Source of the DNA: a virus
Taxonomy: Duplodnaviria > Heunggongvirae > Uroviricota > Caudoviricetes
IMG/VR virus record: IMGVR_UViG_3300031998_000001
Coordinates: 323,655 to 387,654 of that record
Reading direction: 5' to 3' (one strand)
Length of the DNA: 64,000 bases
Shown: positions 19,302 through 29,210 of the stretch, piece after piece
Layout of the letters: the number at the start of each line of letters is the position of its first letter
Numbering within the stretch: the stretch's first letter is position 1
The notes under the pieces: generated by a model
Told to the model about the DNA's origin: nothing
The model's input: the letters and a program-made list of their open reading frames with translations, nothing else
Databases searched by the model: none
Made by a program: the position numbers and the translations under genes

Positions 19302-22300
19302 CTATTTCTTCGTCTTGACCTGTGTCGGCTTGACTATGTTGAGTTCCTCTATCGTGCCGAGCGACTGCTTGCTGTTCTTCTTCGCCGTTGACTTGTTGAT
19401 TGCGGTGGTCATAGTGGCGGAGTTGAACTGGATGAGCGACGCTGGGTTGATGTTGCTCGAAGTCTCGCCGTAGTTCGCATATACCTCTATGTCGAAACTG
19501 AACGGCTTGTCCTTGCCAAGCCAGATATCGAAACCGAGCCTGTTGGCGAGCCTTATGTTGGATATATTGAGCCTGTTGGTCGTGGAAACCTGCGAGTCGC
19601 CCATAATCCTTCCCGTCCCGCTGTCGCCCTCGCCCCAGTAGTCGGTCATACGGTACTGGAATGTGAAAGGTATGGAAACCATAGTGCCTCCCGTAATCAC
19701 CTTGCTCGAATTTCTGCTGTCGCCCTCGACCTGAATGTCCTCGTGCGTCGCGACATTCAGGAAAAGGTAACTCGTGCAGGTGTCCTTGCCGAGCAGATAC
19801 CTGTCGTTGTCGTCATAGCCCATCTTGTGGACAAGCCCGACATTCCAGCCTATGCGGGTGTCACCGCTCTGCTCGATGTCGGTGTCTGGTATGTACTTTA
19901 TGTAATACTCGAACGGAACTTGCTGCATTATCTTGCTGTTCGCAACGGTCTTCGCCATACTCGTGTTCGTGGATGTGTTCACATTCGCGCCTATCATAGC
20001 GGGCGCAACCGCCAACTGCGCCGTCATAGCCATCGTATGCGGGGTTGCATTTGCGCTTGAACTGCTGTTTGAGTCAGAACTGCTGTTTGAGTTCGAGTTG
20101 CTGTTCGAGTTGCTGTTGCTGTCGGCAGAGCCTCCAAGCGTACTTGCGAGTTGAGCCTGTACCAAATTGGTCGTCTGCAACGGCAACGCCTTTATGTTCA
20201 ATATCTCAATCTCCCTGTTTCTCGGAAGCGAGAACAGATATTTGAGATAGTTGTTGACGCTGGTCGCCTTGATTGAATAGCCGCTCCCCGTAAGTCCGAG
20301 CCTCTCGTTGACCTTCTCCTTCAGTTCATCTGGGCGAAGCGAAGCGAACGGGTGGTCGGTATGCACCGCAAAATGCGAACCCTCATCATCAAAGTCGCTC
20401 ACATTGCCGTAAACGACAGCATCCCCGTCACGGTTAAGCCCGTCAAATATGATAGTGGATGTCGTGACAGGGGTTTCCGACTGCTGGAACTGGACTTCGT
20501 GCGAATCGAATACATCCGAATCGAGTTCCTCCACCGTATCGCCATAAAGGGATATGTTGTCGGAAATGTTCCTGCGACGAAGGTTGACAAACTGGTTCTT
20601 GCACTGCGCCGACTGATAGTTGGACGACGAGTTCACTCCGGGCATAATCTGCTCGTTGGCGTACAGGTTGACTGGTATCCAGTCGTACTTGTAGTATGAG
20701 TTGTAGTCGTTGTCCTTCGGGTTGTATGTCGTGGTATGCTCGTTGTCAAGCCTCCTGTTCGGCATATATGCGCGTGCCGTGCCGTCCCAGTTCTCGCTCT
20801 CGTCCACCATAGAAGTCCTGCTCCCGTAGCACTTGCTCTGCAAGCGGAGACCAGTGTCCGCGACATTGTGTATGTTGAGCATAAAGTTCTTCGTGATAAT
20901 CGCGCCCTTCTTGACATTGAGCCTGCTGACCTCATCGCTGTAACTTCCAGCATATATCTTGAGAAGCCCGTTCTCGTCAACATTATAGACATTACCGCTT
21001 TCGTCGGTGACGGTAACTATCATCTCGCCCATAGCGTTGCCGACTATATCGAGCAGTTGGTTCACCGTGGTCTGCAACTCCGTAAGTTTCTCGAAGAGCG
21101 AAATCGGTGTCTGCTCTGGACTCATAAACCCGCTCGCAATGCTCTGCGAGGTATGCACGAATGTCATCTCGTTCGCGTAGAAACTGTCGGCTATGTGCGA
21201 TATGAGACCGCGTGTCATAAGCGTCTGGTCAATCTGCAACTGGCTCTCGTCTGCGGTGTTCCCGTGAAGTATGTCGTCAACAACGCTGTTGGTGGAGAGT
21301 TCTTCGGGGAACGACATTATGAGGGAGTCCGACCAGTCGCTCACAAGCGGGTTCGACGGATAGCCAGCCTCGCTCACGCTTGCGACCTGTATCTCCACCT
21401 TCTCGCCCTTCGTAATCGGGATGTCGAGTTGGTTTATGTTCACAGCCTCGCTGTCGTTGGTGTTTATCTTGTCCCAAGTCCATATCCCGTCTGGGGACTT
21501 GCTCCTTCCGCGCAGTACGCTCTCGGTCATATTCCAGTTGCTGAACGCCCCGCTCGCCTCCTTGCCTATCTGCTCGGTGGCGTTGGCATCTCCGAGCGGG
21601 TTCAGATACCTGTATCTTATCTTGAAGCGGATTATCGACTGCAAGCCAGTGGCATCGCTCGACTTCTCCTTCGGCATCTCCCAGAAACCGCGTATGCGGT
21701 ATTTGGGCTTCACCGAGAGGAGGCTGTCGCTGTCGGCTATCGCCGAAATCTCCTTTACGGTACTGCTGTATGTGTTGACGAGGTTCTGGTACTCGGCAAC
21801 CTTCGATTCGAGCAACGACTTGTCGTTCTGGCGAAGCGTATCGCTCGCATAGTTGGTCGTCTGTATCTTCGACTTCAGGGAGGCTATCGCCGAACGCTTC
21901 TCCGTTATCTGGTCTGAAAGGTTGTGCTTCTCGTCATTGAGAGCCTTTATCCTCTTCACGCTGTCAAGTTCGGTGGTCTGCTTGTTTATCTGCAAGACCT
22001 TGAAGTCCTCCTGATTGAGAACGGGCTTGTTCGGTTTCACACCCTCCGTCGAAGTCGGATACCAGTCGTTTGCATAGCCAATCATCATAGCACCGAAGTC
22101 CGCGACATACTTCTGGTAATACTGCTGCAATGTCACGGCATTTCCGTTGCCGTCCTTCATAACGAGCGAGTTGCTGTCGAAGCCAACCCCGTCGCTCCAA
22201 GCGTCGGACGGACTGTTGCTGTTGCCGTCAACCGCCTTTACGAATATGACGCACTTCTCCCCGAAGCCTACGGTAGCCTGAACCTTCATCTCGACATCCT

Positions 22301-23237
22301 TGTCGCTGTAAACTCGGAAGTAGCCCGCGCCCACGCGGATGCTCCTGTACCCCTCGACAAGTTGGAGGACGACGGTGTTCGTGCTCGTGTCTATGCTGGT
22401 AATCTTATATCTCGTGTCAATCGGGTTGCTCACGACTTCGAGCATATCCCCGACCGCGAGTTTCTGGGTGTCCGTGTATGTAGCCCTGTTGTCCGTGTAT
22501 GTAAGTTTGTTCAGCCTTACGAGCCTCCTGCTCGAAACTATCTCCTCCCCGTTCACAAGTTCGGTGACGGACTTGTTGGTTATTCCGAGAACATCGAAAC
22601 TCCCAGTGAAGCGTCTGGAGCGCGGGGGTATGTCAACTATCTCCTCGTCGAGCACATACTTTATCCTCTCCGTTGCGATTGTGTCAAGGAACTTGTTGTA
22701 GTCGATGGCATTGTTCCCCCTGAACATCGTGTCAAATGTATTCTTCCTCCTTTCCGAACCATCGGTCTTGAGGAGAAAACGCTTGACCATAACCCTCTCC
22801 GTGTCGTCTGGTATCTTCCCAGTGAGGTCGATGTCAACGCAGAGGAGCGGGTTGAGCATATTCTCGAAGAAGTAGTTGCTCTTCACATTGAACTCGTTTA
22901 TCGTGTTGAGGCTTGTTATGGTGGGTGCTTCGCTCGGAAGGCGCATAGTCATAAGTTTGCGGTATGTACCGTCCGAAAGGCGAACCGCACTTCCGTTGGC
23001 ATCCACATTGCACAACGCCTCTATGTTGTTGTTGAGACGCTCTATGCACTGGCGGAGATACCCGAAAGAAGGTATAGTGTACTTGCTTATGTTGCCGTCC
23101 TTGTCCTCCACATTGAGGGTAACGGTGTCGGCTTCGCTTGTAACCGCCTCGTTCACCTTCGCGAAACTCTCGACCGCGTTGTTGTTGACCATCATCAACT
23201 GTTCAAGCAGACTGCTTAAATTGTTACGACTCTCCAT
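19302..23237 (-). CDS. large virion structural protein (1311 aa; coiled coil, FN3-like segment, Ser/Asn low-complexity tract)
   Basis: Long ORF after TATAAATA (~23264-23271, -); VSEAGYPSNPLVSDWS FN3-like end motif. Confidence 0.6.
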   Translation of the reverse strand: MESRNNLSSLLEQLMMVNNNAVESFAKVNEAVTSEADTVTLNVEDKDGNISKYTIPSFGYLRQCIERLNNNIEALCNVDANGSAVRLSDGTYRKLMTMRLPSEAPTITSLNTINEFNVKSNYFFENMLNPLLCVDIDLTGKIPDDTERVMVKRFLLKTDGSERRKNTFDTMFRGNNAIDYNKFLDTIATERIKYVLDEEIVDIPPRSRRFTGSFDVLGITNKSVTELVNGEEIVSSRRLVRLNKLTYTDNRATYTDTQKLAVGDMLEVVSNPIDTRYKITSIDTSTNTVVLQLVEGYRSIRVGAGYFRVYSDKDVEMKVQATVGFGEKCVIFVKAVDGNSNSPSDAWSDGVGFDSNSLVMKDGNGNAVTLQQYYQKYVADFGAMMIGYANDWYPTSTEGVKPNKPVLNQEDFKVLQINKQTTELDSVKRIKALNDEKHNLSDQITEKRSAIASLKSKIQTTNYASDTLRQNDKSLLESKVAEYQNLVNTYSSTVKEISAIADSDSLLSVKPKYRIRGFWEMPKEKSSDATGLQSIIRFKIRYRYLNPLGDANATEQIGKEASGAFSNWNMTESVLRGRSKSPDGIWTWDKINTNDSEAVNINQLDIPITKGEKVEIQVASVSEAGYPSNPLVSDWSDSLIMSFPEELSTNSVVDDILHGNTADESQLQIDQTLMTRGLISHIADSFYANEMTFVHTSQSIASGFMSPEQTPISLFEKLTELQTTVNQLLDIVGNAMGEMIVTVTDESGNVYNVDENGLLKIYAGSYSDEVSRLNVKKGAIITKNFMLNIHNVADTGLRLQSKCYGSRTSMVDESENWDGTARAYMPNRRLDNEHTTTYNPKDNDYNSYYKYDWIPVNLYANEQIMPGVNSSSNYQSAQCKNQFVNLRRRNISDNISLYGDTVEELDSDVFDSHEVQFQQSETPVTTSTIIFDGLNRDGDAVVYGNVSDFDDEGSHFAVHTDHPFASLRPDELKEKVNERLGLTGSGYSIKATSVNNYLKYLFSLPRNREIEILNIKALPLQTTNLVQAQLASTLGGSADSNSNSNSNSNSNSSSDSNSSSSANATPHTMAMTAQLAVAPAMIGANVNTSTNTSMAKTVANSKIMQQVPFEYYIKYIPDTDIEQSGDTRIGWNVGLVHKMGYDDNDRYLLGKDTCTSYLFLNVATHEDIQVEGDSRNSSKVITGGTMVSIPFTFQYRMTDYWGEGDSGTGRIMGDSQVSTTNRLNISNIRLANRLGFDIWLGKDKPFSFDIEVYANYGETSSNINPASLIQFNSATMTTAINKSTAKKNSKQSLGTIEELNIVKPTQVKTKK

Positions 23238-23315
23238 TGAAATATATTTAAGATACTATATATTATTTATAAATAACACCGACTGGGACTTTTTTTGAAA
23301 AAAAATCAAAAAAGT

Positions 23316-23347
23316 TTTGGCGGTTTCAAAAATAAGCGTTTCCTTTG
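23316..23347 (+). promoter_or_regulatory. Bacteroidota sigma-A-like promoter upstream of rep
   Basis: TTTG-N20-TTCCTTTG (1 mismatch to TAnnTTTG); a TATAAATA also lies at 23406-23413. Confidence 0.5.
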
Positions 23348-23545
23348 CAGCGGAAAATTAAAGTCAACGAAGCAAACGATGTAAACGAGGTCTGATTTGT
23401 CAATTTATAAATAGAAGTGAAGAAGTAGATTTTCAATGTTCCAATAGGTGAAGGAACTATTGTTAAAGATATAAAGTCGCTCGGCTGTGCGTTCACCTCC
23501 AGACGAAAGTCTTGGGCACAGTCGGGTGGCTTATTTTTTACTACA

Positions 23546-25534
23546 ATGTCAGACGACAGCAAAAGAATAAGCATACGAAACACCCGCACCTGCGGGCTGA
23601 ACCCGAAAACCAGACGGAACGAGGAGATATACGAGTCTGGCGACGGGCGGAAGTTCTTTGCTTCCGATATGCTTATATCAAGGTCGGACATAACCAACGG
23701 AACATACTTAATAACCAAGCAGGTAAAGAATAGCGAGAACATATGCTCGGAGAGGACGCACCACGCCAACAAGCCGGGCATAATACAATTCGCGAACAAT
23801 GTAGGCTCTATGGACTTCGGTGCGCAGAAGGACACCGACAGCATATACAGGTACAAGTGCAAGAAAGGCGAAAGCCTGCTCGACGCTTGGAGGGCGAACG
23901 CCACATACCTGTCAACGAGCACTGGCACTACCCACGAAACCCGACAGGTCATAGTTCTCGACATAGACGACAACTACACAATGGGGCAGGACGGCTTTGC
24001 CTTCGGCACAAACACCCTGTCCGCAGTCAAGTCGAGAGTATCCGCGAAAATCTCCGAGATTGCGGACGCGGGTCTGCCCCTGCCGAGCGCAGCGAGCATA
24101 AACACGCACAACGGTCACTACCAACTCCACTGGTATATGGACAAGCCAGTGCGGAAGACCTCGTACAAGTACGACCGCAGGAACGACCAGTGCGACGAAC
24201 TCTCGGCTGGGACGGCGAGCGGGGACGGCTACATCATAGCCACCCACATCCTCAACATTATATTCGGCGGTGACATAGGCTACACGGGCTGGAGGTGCAG
24301 GAACATATACTGCACCCACCTCGAACAGTACGCCAACTACAAGGTCTGTGATGACGGAAGGCTCGAAAGGGTGAGGAGGGGGACGGAGTTCATACAGCAC
24401 GACACCCCGAAACTCTACGCCCGCATATTCACCGTGGCGACGGACGGGCGGGGCGAGAGCAGGGTTCGCGTGAACTGGGGCGGGAACGACCGCTGGGACA
24501 CCATACTCGGCAAGTGGGAAGGATACTGGGCGGAGGCGGTGGCTCTCCACGAGGCGTATTCGGGAGAGCCGAAGCAAAGCGACAGAGACGCAAAGCCGAC
24601 CGAAAGCAAGAGCAGGAACACGGAAAGGAAGCCGACGGAACTCTCGGACTTGGCGCGGGCACGCTCGGAGATATACGGTCGGGACTTCAGGAAGATAAGC
24701 GAGATATACTCCACAAACAAGGTCGAGGCTATATACGGGGCGTACGCCAATGACCACATCGGACGCAACGCATACTGGATAAAGTCCCCGAAACTCGTAA
24801 GGCTTCTCGAACCAGACATAACGCAGGAGAAGGCGTACTCGATAATCAGGCAGGCATACGGAAGGCTCATAGACGCGGGGGGCGGAAAACTCAACGGCAC
24901 GCAGTCGTCCGAGCCGTTCACCGATAAGGACATCAGGAAGGCGTTTGTTCAGGGCTGGAAATATGCAACGGACTGCGACATACACAGGGGCTGGACTGAC
25001 GAGCAGAGGAAAAGGAGTTCGGAAGTCAACCGCATAAAATATGAATTAAGATGCCTTGCTGTATATAACTATTTGATATACAATAAGATAGACATATCAA
25101 AGGGCGTAAGTGTCCTGATGGTGAAGAAACTGTCAGGTGTATTCAGCAAGTGCGAACGGACAATAAGGAAGATGCTCAAGGAGTGCTCAATCGAAACAAG
25201 CAGGAAGCGGAGATACCGCGTATGCCAGAAAGCCACAATAGGCACAAGGCAGGCTAAATCTTATATGAGGCTGTATTCGAGCGTCAAGGCTCACCTTGAC
25301 GAGAGCAACTGCGGAAAGGACACCGCAAGGCGCACATTCGAGAGTTTCATTATGGAGGACGACACGGACTTCTGCAACAGGCGCAATATGTTCCTGTGTA
25401 CCGTGTCGAACGCATTAGCCCAGCAGGACAGTCCGAAGCCGACTGCAACGGCTTACAATATGTATGCGTGCGGGGCATACGGGTATGAAGCGGTGGCTAC
25501 GGCTGGCGGACACGCCCCTCCAGACACTCGGTAG
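23546..25534 (+). CDS. ColE2/pAL5000-type replicase (AEP-superfamily Rep primase)
   Basis: IVLDIDD, LPLPSAASINTHNGHYQLHWYMDKPV and GGDIGYTG..RN motifs; HTH-like C-terminal CERTIRKML. Confidence 0.7.
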   Translation: MSDDSKRISIRNTRTCGLNPKTRRNEEIYESGDGRKFFASDMLISRSDITNGTYLITKQVKNSENICSERTHHANKPGIIQFANNVGSMDFGAQKDTDSIYRYKCKKGESLLDAWRANATYLSTSTGTTHETRQVIVLDIDDNYTMGQDGFAFGTNTLSAVKSRVSAKISEIADAGLPLPSAASINTHNGHYQLHWYMDKPVRKTSYKYDRRNDQCDELSAGTASGDGYIIATHILNIIFGGDIGYTGWRCRNIYCTHLEQYANYKVCDDGRLERVRRGTEFIQHDTPKLYARIFTVATDGRGESRVRVNWGGNDRWDTILGKWEGYWAEAVALHEAYSGEPKQSDRDAKPTESKSRNTERKPTELSDLARARSEIYGRDFRKISEIYSTNKVEAIYGAYANDHIGRNAYWIKSPKLVRLLEPDITQEKAYSIIRQAYGRLIDAGGGKLNGTQSSEPFTDKDIRKAFVQGWKYATDCDIHRGWTDEQRKRSSEVNRIKYELRCLAVYNYLIYNKIDISKGVSVLMVKKLSGVFSKCERTIRKMLKECSIETSRKRRYRVCQKATIGTRQAKSYMRLYSSVKAHLDESNCGKDTARRTFESFIMEDDTDFCNRRNMFLCTVSNALAQQDSPKPTATAYNMYACGAYGYEAVATAGGHAPPDTR

Positions 25535-26290
25535 CGTCCCGCAAGGCAACCAGAAACAAAATAAATCCAGACATTGCGCCGAGAACCACCGCTCGGCTTT
25601 CGGTGTATATGCCCGTATCGGAAAAACGCTCCCGTCCGTGCGGAAGAATGTCCAGCGCGGTGCAAAACCACGCGACTGCGGTGTAAATTTTCCGCCACGC
25701 ACCGCCGAAATTCCGCCCGACCGACATCCGCGAGCACTCCAGACCGCACAGTATGGAAACCCGTGTATGAAATATGTAGGTGGACTTGCCTGACCATAAA
25801 CCTCCACCGCTACGCTGGTAGCCGTCCTACCGACTGGATACCGCTTGGGCTATAGAACTATATGCTGGCTTGGACTTTACAGCGTATGGTAGTTCCCGAA
25901 CATACGCCCATACGGTCTGCCGATACTGCCGATATGTCATCGCAGTCCCTGAAAGGCTATGTCGAAAGAGCCGATGGCTGATAATAAATAACAAATGATA
26001 AAGCGAAGCAACAGCCCTGCCCCAGACAGCGCAGGGGGCGGATTTGACGAAAAGGCGGGCGGTCGGGGCACGCGACCGTCAGGGAAGCGTGCTTCGCCCC
26101 CGCGCTTTTTGACGGGCGGGTGCAGGTAGCGACAGCGAAAGTGCTTTCCTCGGAGAGGATAAAAAGCACTTGAGCGGGAACGAAGCGTCCCGAACGACCA
26201 GCGGGAGTGAGTGGCGCAAGAGCGAAGTGGTAAGCGGACGGAAGCCGCCCGAAAGCGGAGTGGACAGACACCCGCATATAAATAACGCAT
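25535..26290. other. long GC-rich non-coding region, candidate replication origin or structured RNA
   Basis: No credible ORF; several hairpins; C-rich then G/purine-rich halves; directly downstream of rep. Confidence 0.45.
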
Positions 26291-26310
26291 ATATAACTAT
26301 TATTCGGAAT

Positions 26311-26982
26311 ATGGATATTGCTGGCATTCGGAAACAGGAAGACGGACTGCCCTGCTTCATAGTCGAGACAGGTCGGGAAGGGAACACGGACTTCATCGTG
26401 TTCAGGGGCGGATACGAAACACGCCACGATTACAACTGGCTCGTTGATGCCGAACAGATTGATATGTGGTTCAACGGTTCGGTGTGGCAGGACGGCATAC
26501 CGAAGCAGATGTGGGTGTCCCGCAAGCCAGTCCCGATTTCCGAAGCCGAGTATTCCTCTCTGGTCAGGGAGATACAGAAGGGCACGAGGATGCTCTCCGT
26601 GTTCAACGCGACCTGCGATGCGCTCTCGAAGAGGTACGGGAGGAATGTCGTAAAGCCAGACGAGTTTCCGTCCGACGAGGGTTGCTTCGTGTACCTGCGC
26701 AGGGATGTGCTTCCGTACCTTGTCGGCTGGGGGCTGTTCAGGGGGCGGATTACGGTAGCCGATGCGAAGGGTATGCGGTGGGACGCGGAAGCCGAGCAGT
26801 TCGCAGTCCCAGTCCATCCAGAGGGCGAAGGGGGCGTGTTCAAGTTCCTCCGACTGCCCGTGAAAGTCCCCGAAGCAATATGGGACAGGCTGTATTCGGA
26901 AGCCGAGAGGCTCATATCCGACAGGGAGGATTTTATGGAGAGATGTCGGAAGTTGGTTGAAGGTAAGAAGAGCCGTTTCTGA
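26311..26982 (+). CDS. hypothetical protein
   Basis: Start re-called at MDIAGIR after TATAAATA (~26277). Confidence 0.7.
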   Translation: MDIAGIRKQEDGLPCFIVETGREGNTDFIVFRGGYETRHDYNWLVDAEQIDMWFNGSVWQDGIPKQMWVSRKPVPISEAEYSSLVREIQKGTRMLSVFNATCDALSKRYGRNVVKPDEFPSDEGCFVYLRRDVLPYLVGWGLFRGRITVADAKGMRWDAEAEQFAVPVHPEGEGGVFKFLRLPVKVPEAIWDRLYSEAERLISDREDFMERCRKLVEGKKSRF

Positions 26983-27007
26983 AATCTTCGGGGATTCCCC
27001 ATATATT

Positions 27008-27232
27008 ATGGTTGAAAGGAAAGATTGCGATATGAACAATACGGATATGGGGCTTGAACCCTACGAGAGAATGGAGAACGGAAGGCGGAGAGGGCTTCGT
27101 GCGAGGCGATGCACCGCCTGCCTGCCGAACAGGAACAATGTGCGCAAGTGCAAGTCGTGCCGAGATTTCCCGTACGGAGAGTGCGGTGTTACGAACCCGA
27201 AGCACCCAGCCTGCCCGAAGCACAGGTATTAG
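27008..27232 (+). CDS. small Cys-rich (possible Zn-binding) protein
   Basis: CxxC...CxxC...C...C pattern. Confidence 0.55.
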   Translation: MVERKDCDMNNTDMGLEPYERMENGRRRGLRARRCTACLPNRNNVRKCKSCRDFPYGECGVTNPKHPACPKHRY

Positions 27233-27274
27233 TTGCGGGTTTATAAATAATGATAGAATATATTTGAATTTGAT

Positions 27275-27730
27275 ATGATACACATCAGGAGATTGAACGA
27301 GATGGCTGAAGCCGACCAGACGCTCACCCCGATACAGCGGGAGGTGATGGCTGAACTCAAGGAGAGGTACGGCATAGATACGGGCAATATCACTTGGGGG
27401 AGCGACAACTACTTCTGCAACGATGCCGACGGTTGCAACGGGAGCGTATATAAAAGTGAAGAGGAGGCGCGGAGGTCGATATTAAGCCCGACTGGTGACA
27501 ACCACCAGAACGCCCTTGATTTTGTTGAGGACGCAATGGGGGATGAAGAATGGATTGGCTTTCTGGAGAATTGCGGTATCAACCGCAGGACTGCGGAGAA
27601 AATCATATCGGGGGGCAACTGGAAGAAGGTCGTTGAGATTGTGGTGAAGAACGAAGGCGCAAAGTTCTTTTTGAGCACATATTCGGGCGGTACATTTGAA
27701 CTCGGCAACGGCTATATTGTTTATTTCTAA
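27275..27730 (+). CDS. putative head-internal protein (leader MIHIRRLNEM)
   Basis: Leader motif; TATAAATA 27242-27249. Confidence 0.75.
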   Translation: MIHIRRLNEMAEADQTLTPIQREVMAELKERYGIDTGNITWGSDNYFCNDADGCNGSVYKSEEEARRSILSPTGDNHQNALDFVEDAMGDEEWIGFLENCGINRRTAEKIISGGNWKKVVEIVVKNEGAKFFLSTYSGGTFELGNGYIVYF

Positions 27731-27744
27731 AAATAATAATCACG

Positions 27745-28125
27745 GTGGAAAGTTACAAGAATTACATTGGGAAGAAAACGGAGGTCGATAACCGCGTCAA
27801 GGCTATTATGAACTGGCTCAACGAAAGACCGAAGGACGACTACATTGCGGTAAGGCAGAGCAGGACATTGTTGCAGTCCGTGTTCGAGGAGTTTATGAAG
27901 TATTGCGACGACCTGTTCGATGCAAGGGGCGTGCTCCGCGAGGTCGCCGAGGGGCGCAGGCACTTCAGCCACGCGCAGAGGCTTATGTCCGACTACAGGG
28001 GCGACTACAAGGAGGTGGACGATGCCTTCTTCCGCTTCGAGTGTACGGACTTCTCCACTGGCATCGAGTATCCCCAGCCGTTCTATGTGAGGCGACCAGC
28101 GGAATTTCACGGGCGCGTAATATAG
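27745..28125 (+). CDS. hypothetical protein
   Basis: Operon ORF. Confidence 0.6.
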   Translation: MESYKNYIGKKTEVDNRVKAIMNWLNERPKDDYIAVRQSRTLLQSVFEEFMKYCDDLFDARGVLREVAEGRRHFSHAQRLMSDYRGDYKEVDDAFFRFECTDFSTGIEYPQPFYVRRPAEFHGRVI

Positions 28126-28211
28126 GCTGTATAGCCGATAGACGCGCTTTATAGGCTGTACAGCCGATATTTCGGTTTCCCGAAATATAAATAAGATATA
28201 ATATAAATAAT

Positions 28212-28410
28212 ATGCGGAATGTATGCGGCAAGACATTCCAGATTATAGGCAGCCGTACTGCCGAATACAAGCCTGTGGAGAATCCAACAGCGGATGACCG
28301 TTGCTTATGCAACCTAAAAAGCGGTGGTTCTGTGAAGCAGGAAGGAGGAACTGGCGAAGAACATAGTTTTTCATAGGTTTTCCATACGGTTAAGGCTTAT
28401 TTTTTATTGT
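28212..28410 (+). ncRNA. stand-alone TnpB omegaRNA (scaffold ending ...CCATACGG at 28389, plus putative guide)
   Basis: 28245-28279 is identical to 55740-55774; the remainder covaries with the 3' ends of both tnpB copies; tandem TATAAATA at 28186 and 28202; no tnpB CDS. Confidence 0.75.
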
Positions 28411-28420
28411 CGTAAATACG

Positions 28421-28452
28421 GAAAAGCCCGATAGTCAATATCGGGCTTTTCC
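28421..28452. terminator. bidirectional terminator
   Basis: GAAAAGCCCGAT-agtcaat-ATCGGGCTTTTC. Confidence 0.75.
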
Positions 28453-28477
28453 TTTTGCGTACTGTTCGGGTTTGCTC

Positions 28478-29107
28478 CTACGGTATGAACCTGCATACCC
28501 GTATGTAGTATTCCTCTGGCTTGAAGTCGCCTTCGCCCGCGCAGTTGAGGCGGTTCATCATATCGCAGAACTCCCTGACCGTGAAGTGCCTTTTCGCCTT
28601 TTCTTCGGACATTCCGTTCTTCATATCGCTCCTTTCCTCCCTTTTCACATAGAATCGGAAGTCCTCCTCGCGCATCCTCCCGATGTCGTCCTTGCAGTTG
28701 TTGCCCAGATGGATTTTTACCGAGTGCAAGTCCCTGCGGAGCATATATATGCACATATTCGCCTGCGGGCGTTTCTTGCCCTCGTAGATGCGCAGGTATT
28801 TCCCCTTCAGTATGTTCTCGTTAGACCTGTTCCAAGCCTCCGTGAACTTCTCTATTGTCATCGTGCTGTTGGTCAGGCTGTCTATCTTTCCGTATTTCTT
28901 GATAATGTCGTCCAGCGTTTCCCTGCTGATGCCGTTCGTCCATTCGCCCATAAACTTCTTCTGGTCTATGCCCTCTTCCTGCGCATATCTCCTTACATCA
29001 GCCCACCACAGTATGTACGCATCGTATATGCTCTTGCTTCCGAAGCCGAAAAGCCCTTCGTCCAGCGGCTCTCCGCAGAACTCGTCGAATGTCTTTATGT
29101 GTACCAT
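28478..29107 (-). CDS. putative head-internal protein (leader MVHIKTFDEF...LDE)
   Basis: Leader motif; TATAAATA upstream on -. Confidence 0.75.
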   Translation of the reverse strand: MVHIKTFDEFCGEPLDEGLFGFGSKSIYDAYILWWADVRRYAQEEGIDQKKFMGEWTNGISRETLDDIIKKYGKIDSLTNSTMTIEKFTEAWNRSNENILKGKYLRIYEGKKRPQANMCIYMLRRDLHSVKIHLGNNCKDDIGRMREEDFRFYVKREERSDMKNGMSEEKAKRHFTVREFCDMMNRLNCAGEGDFKPEEYYIRVCRFIP

Positions 29108-29210
29108 ATCCAATTCAAAAATATATTCTTACTTATTTATATTTTTTCTGAAATTCCTATTTATTAACTATATATTAGTGTTGGAAAGAAAACAACAAAA
29201 GCGTAAGGAA

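Noticed and set aside
25779-25916. Third orphan omegaRNA (GTGGACTTGCCTGAC...CCATACGGT)
   Set aside because: The conserved core GGATGACC/CTAAAAAG/AAGCAGGAAG is absent; the short matches may be chance
28212-28376. 54-aa ORF MRNVCGKTFQIIGSRTAEY... as a protein gene
   Set aside because: It is just the TnpB tail frame overlapping the RNA scaffold; the changes preserve base-pairing rather than amino acids
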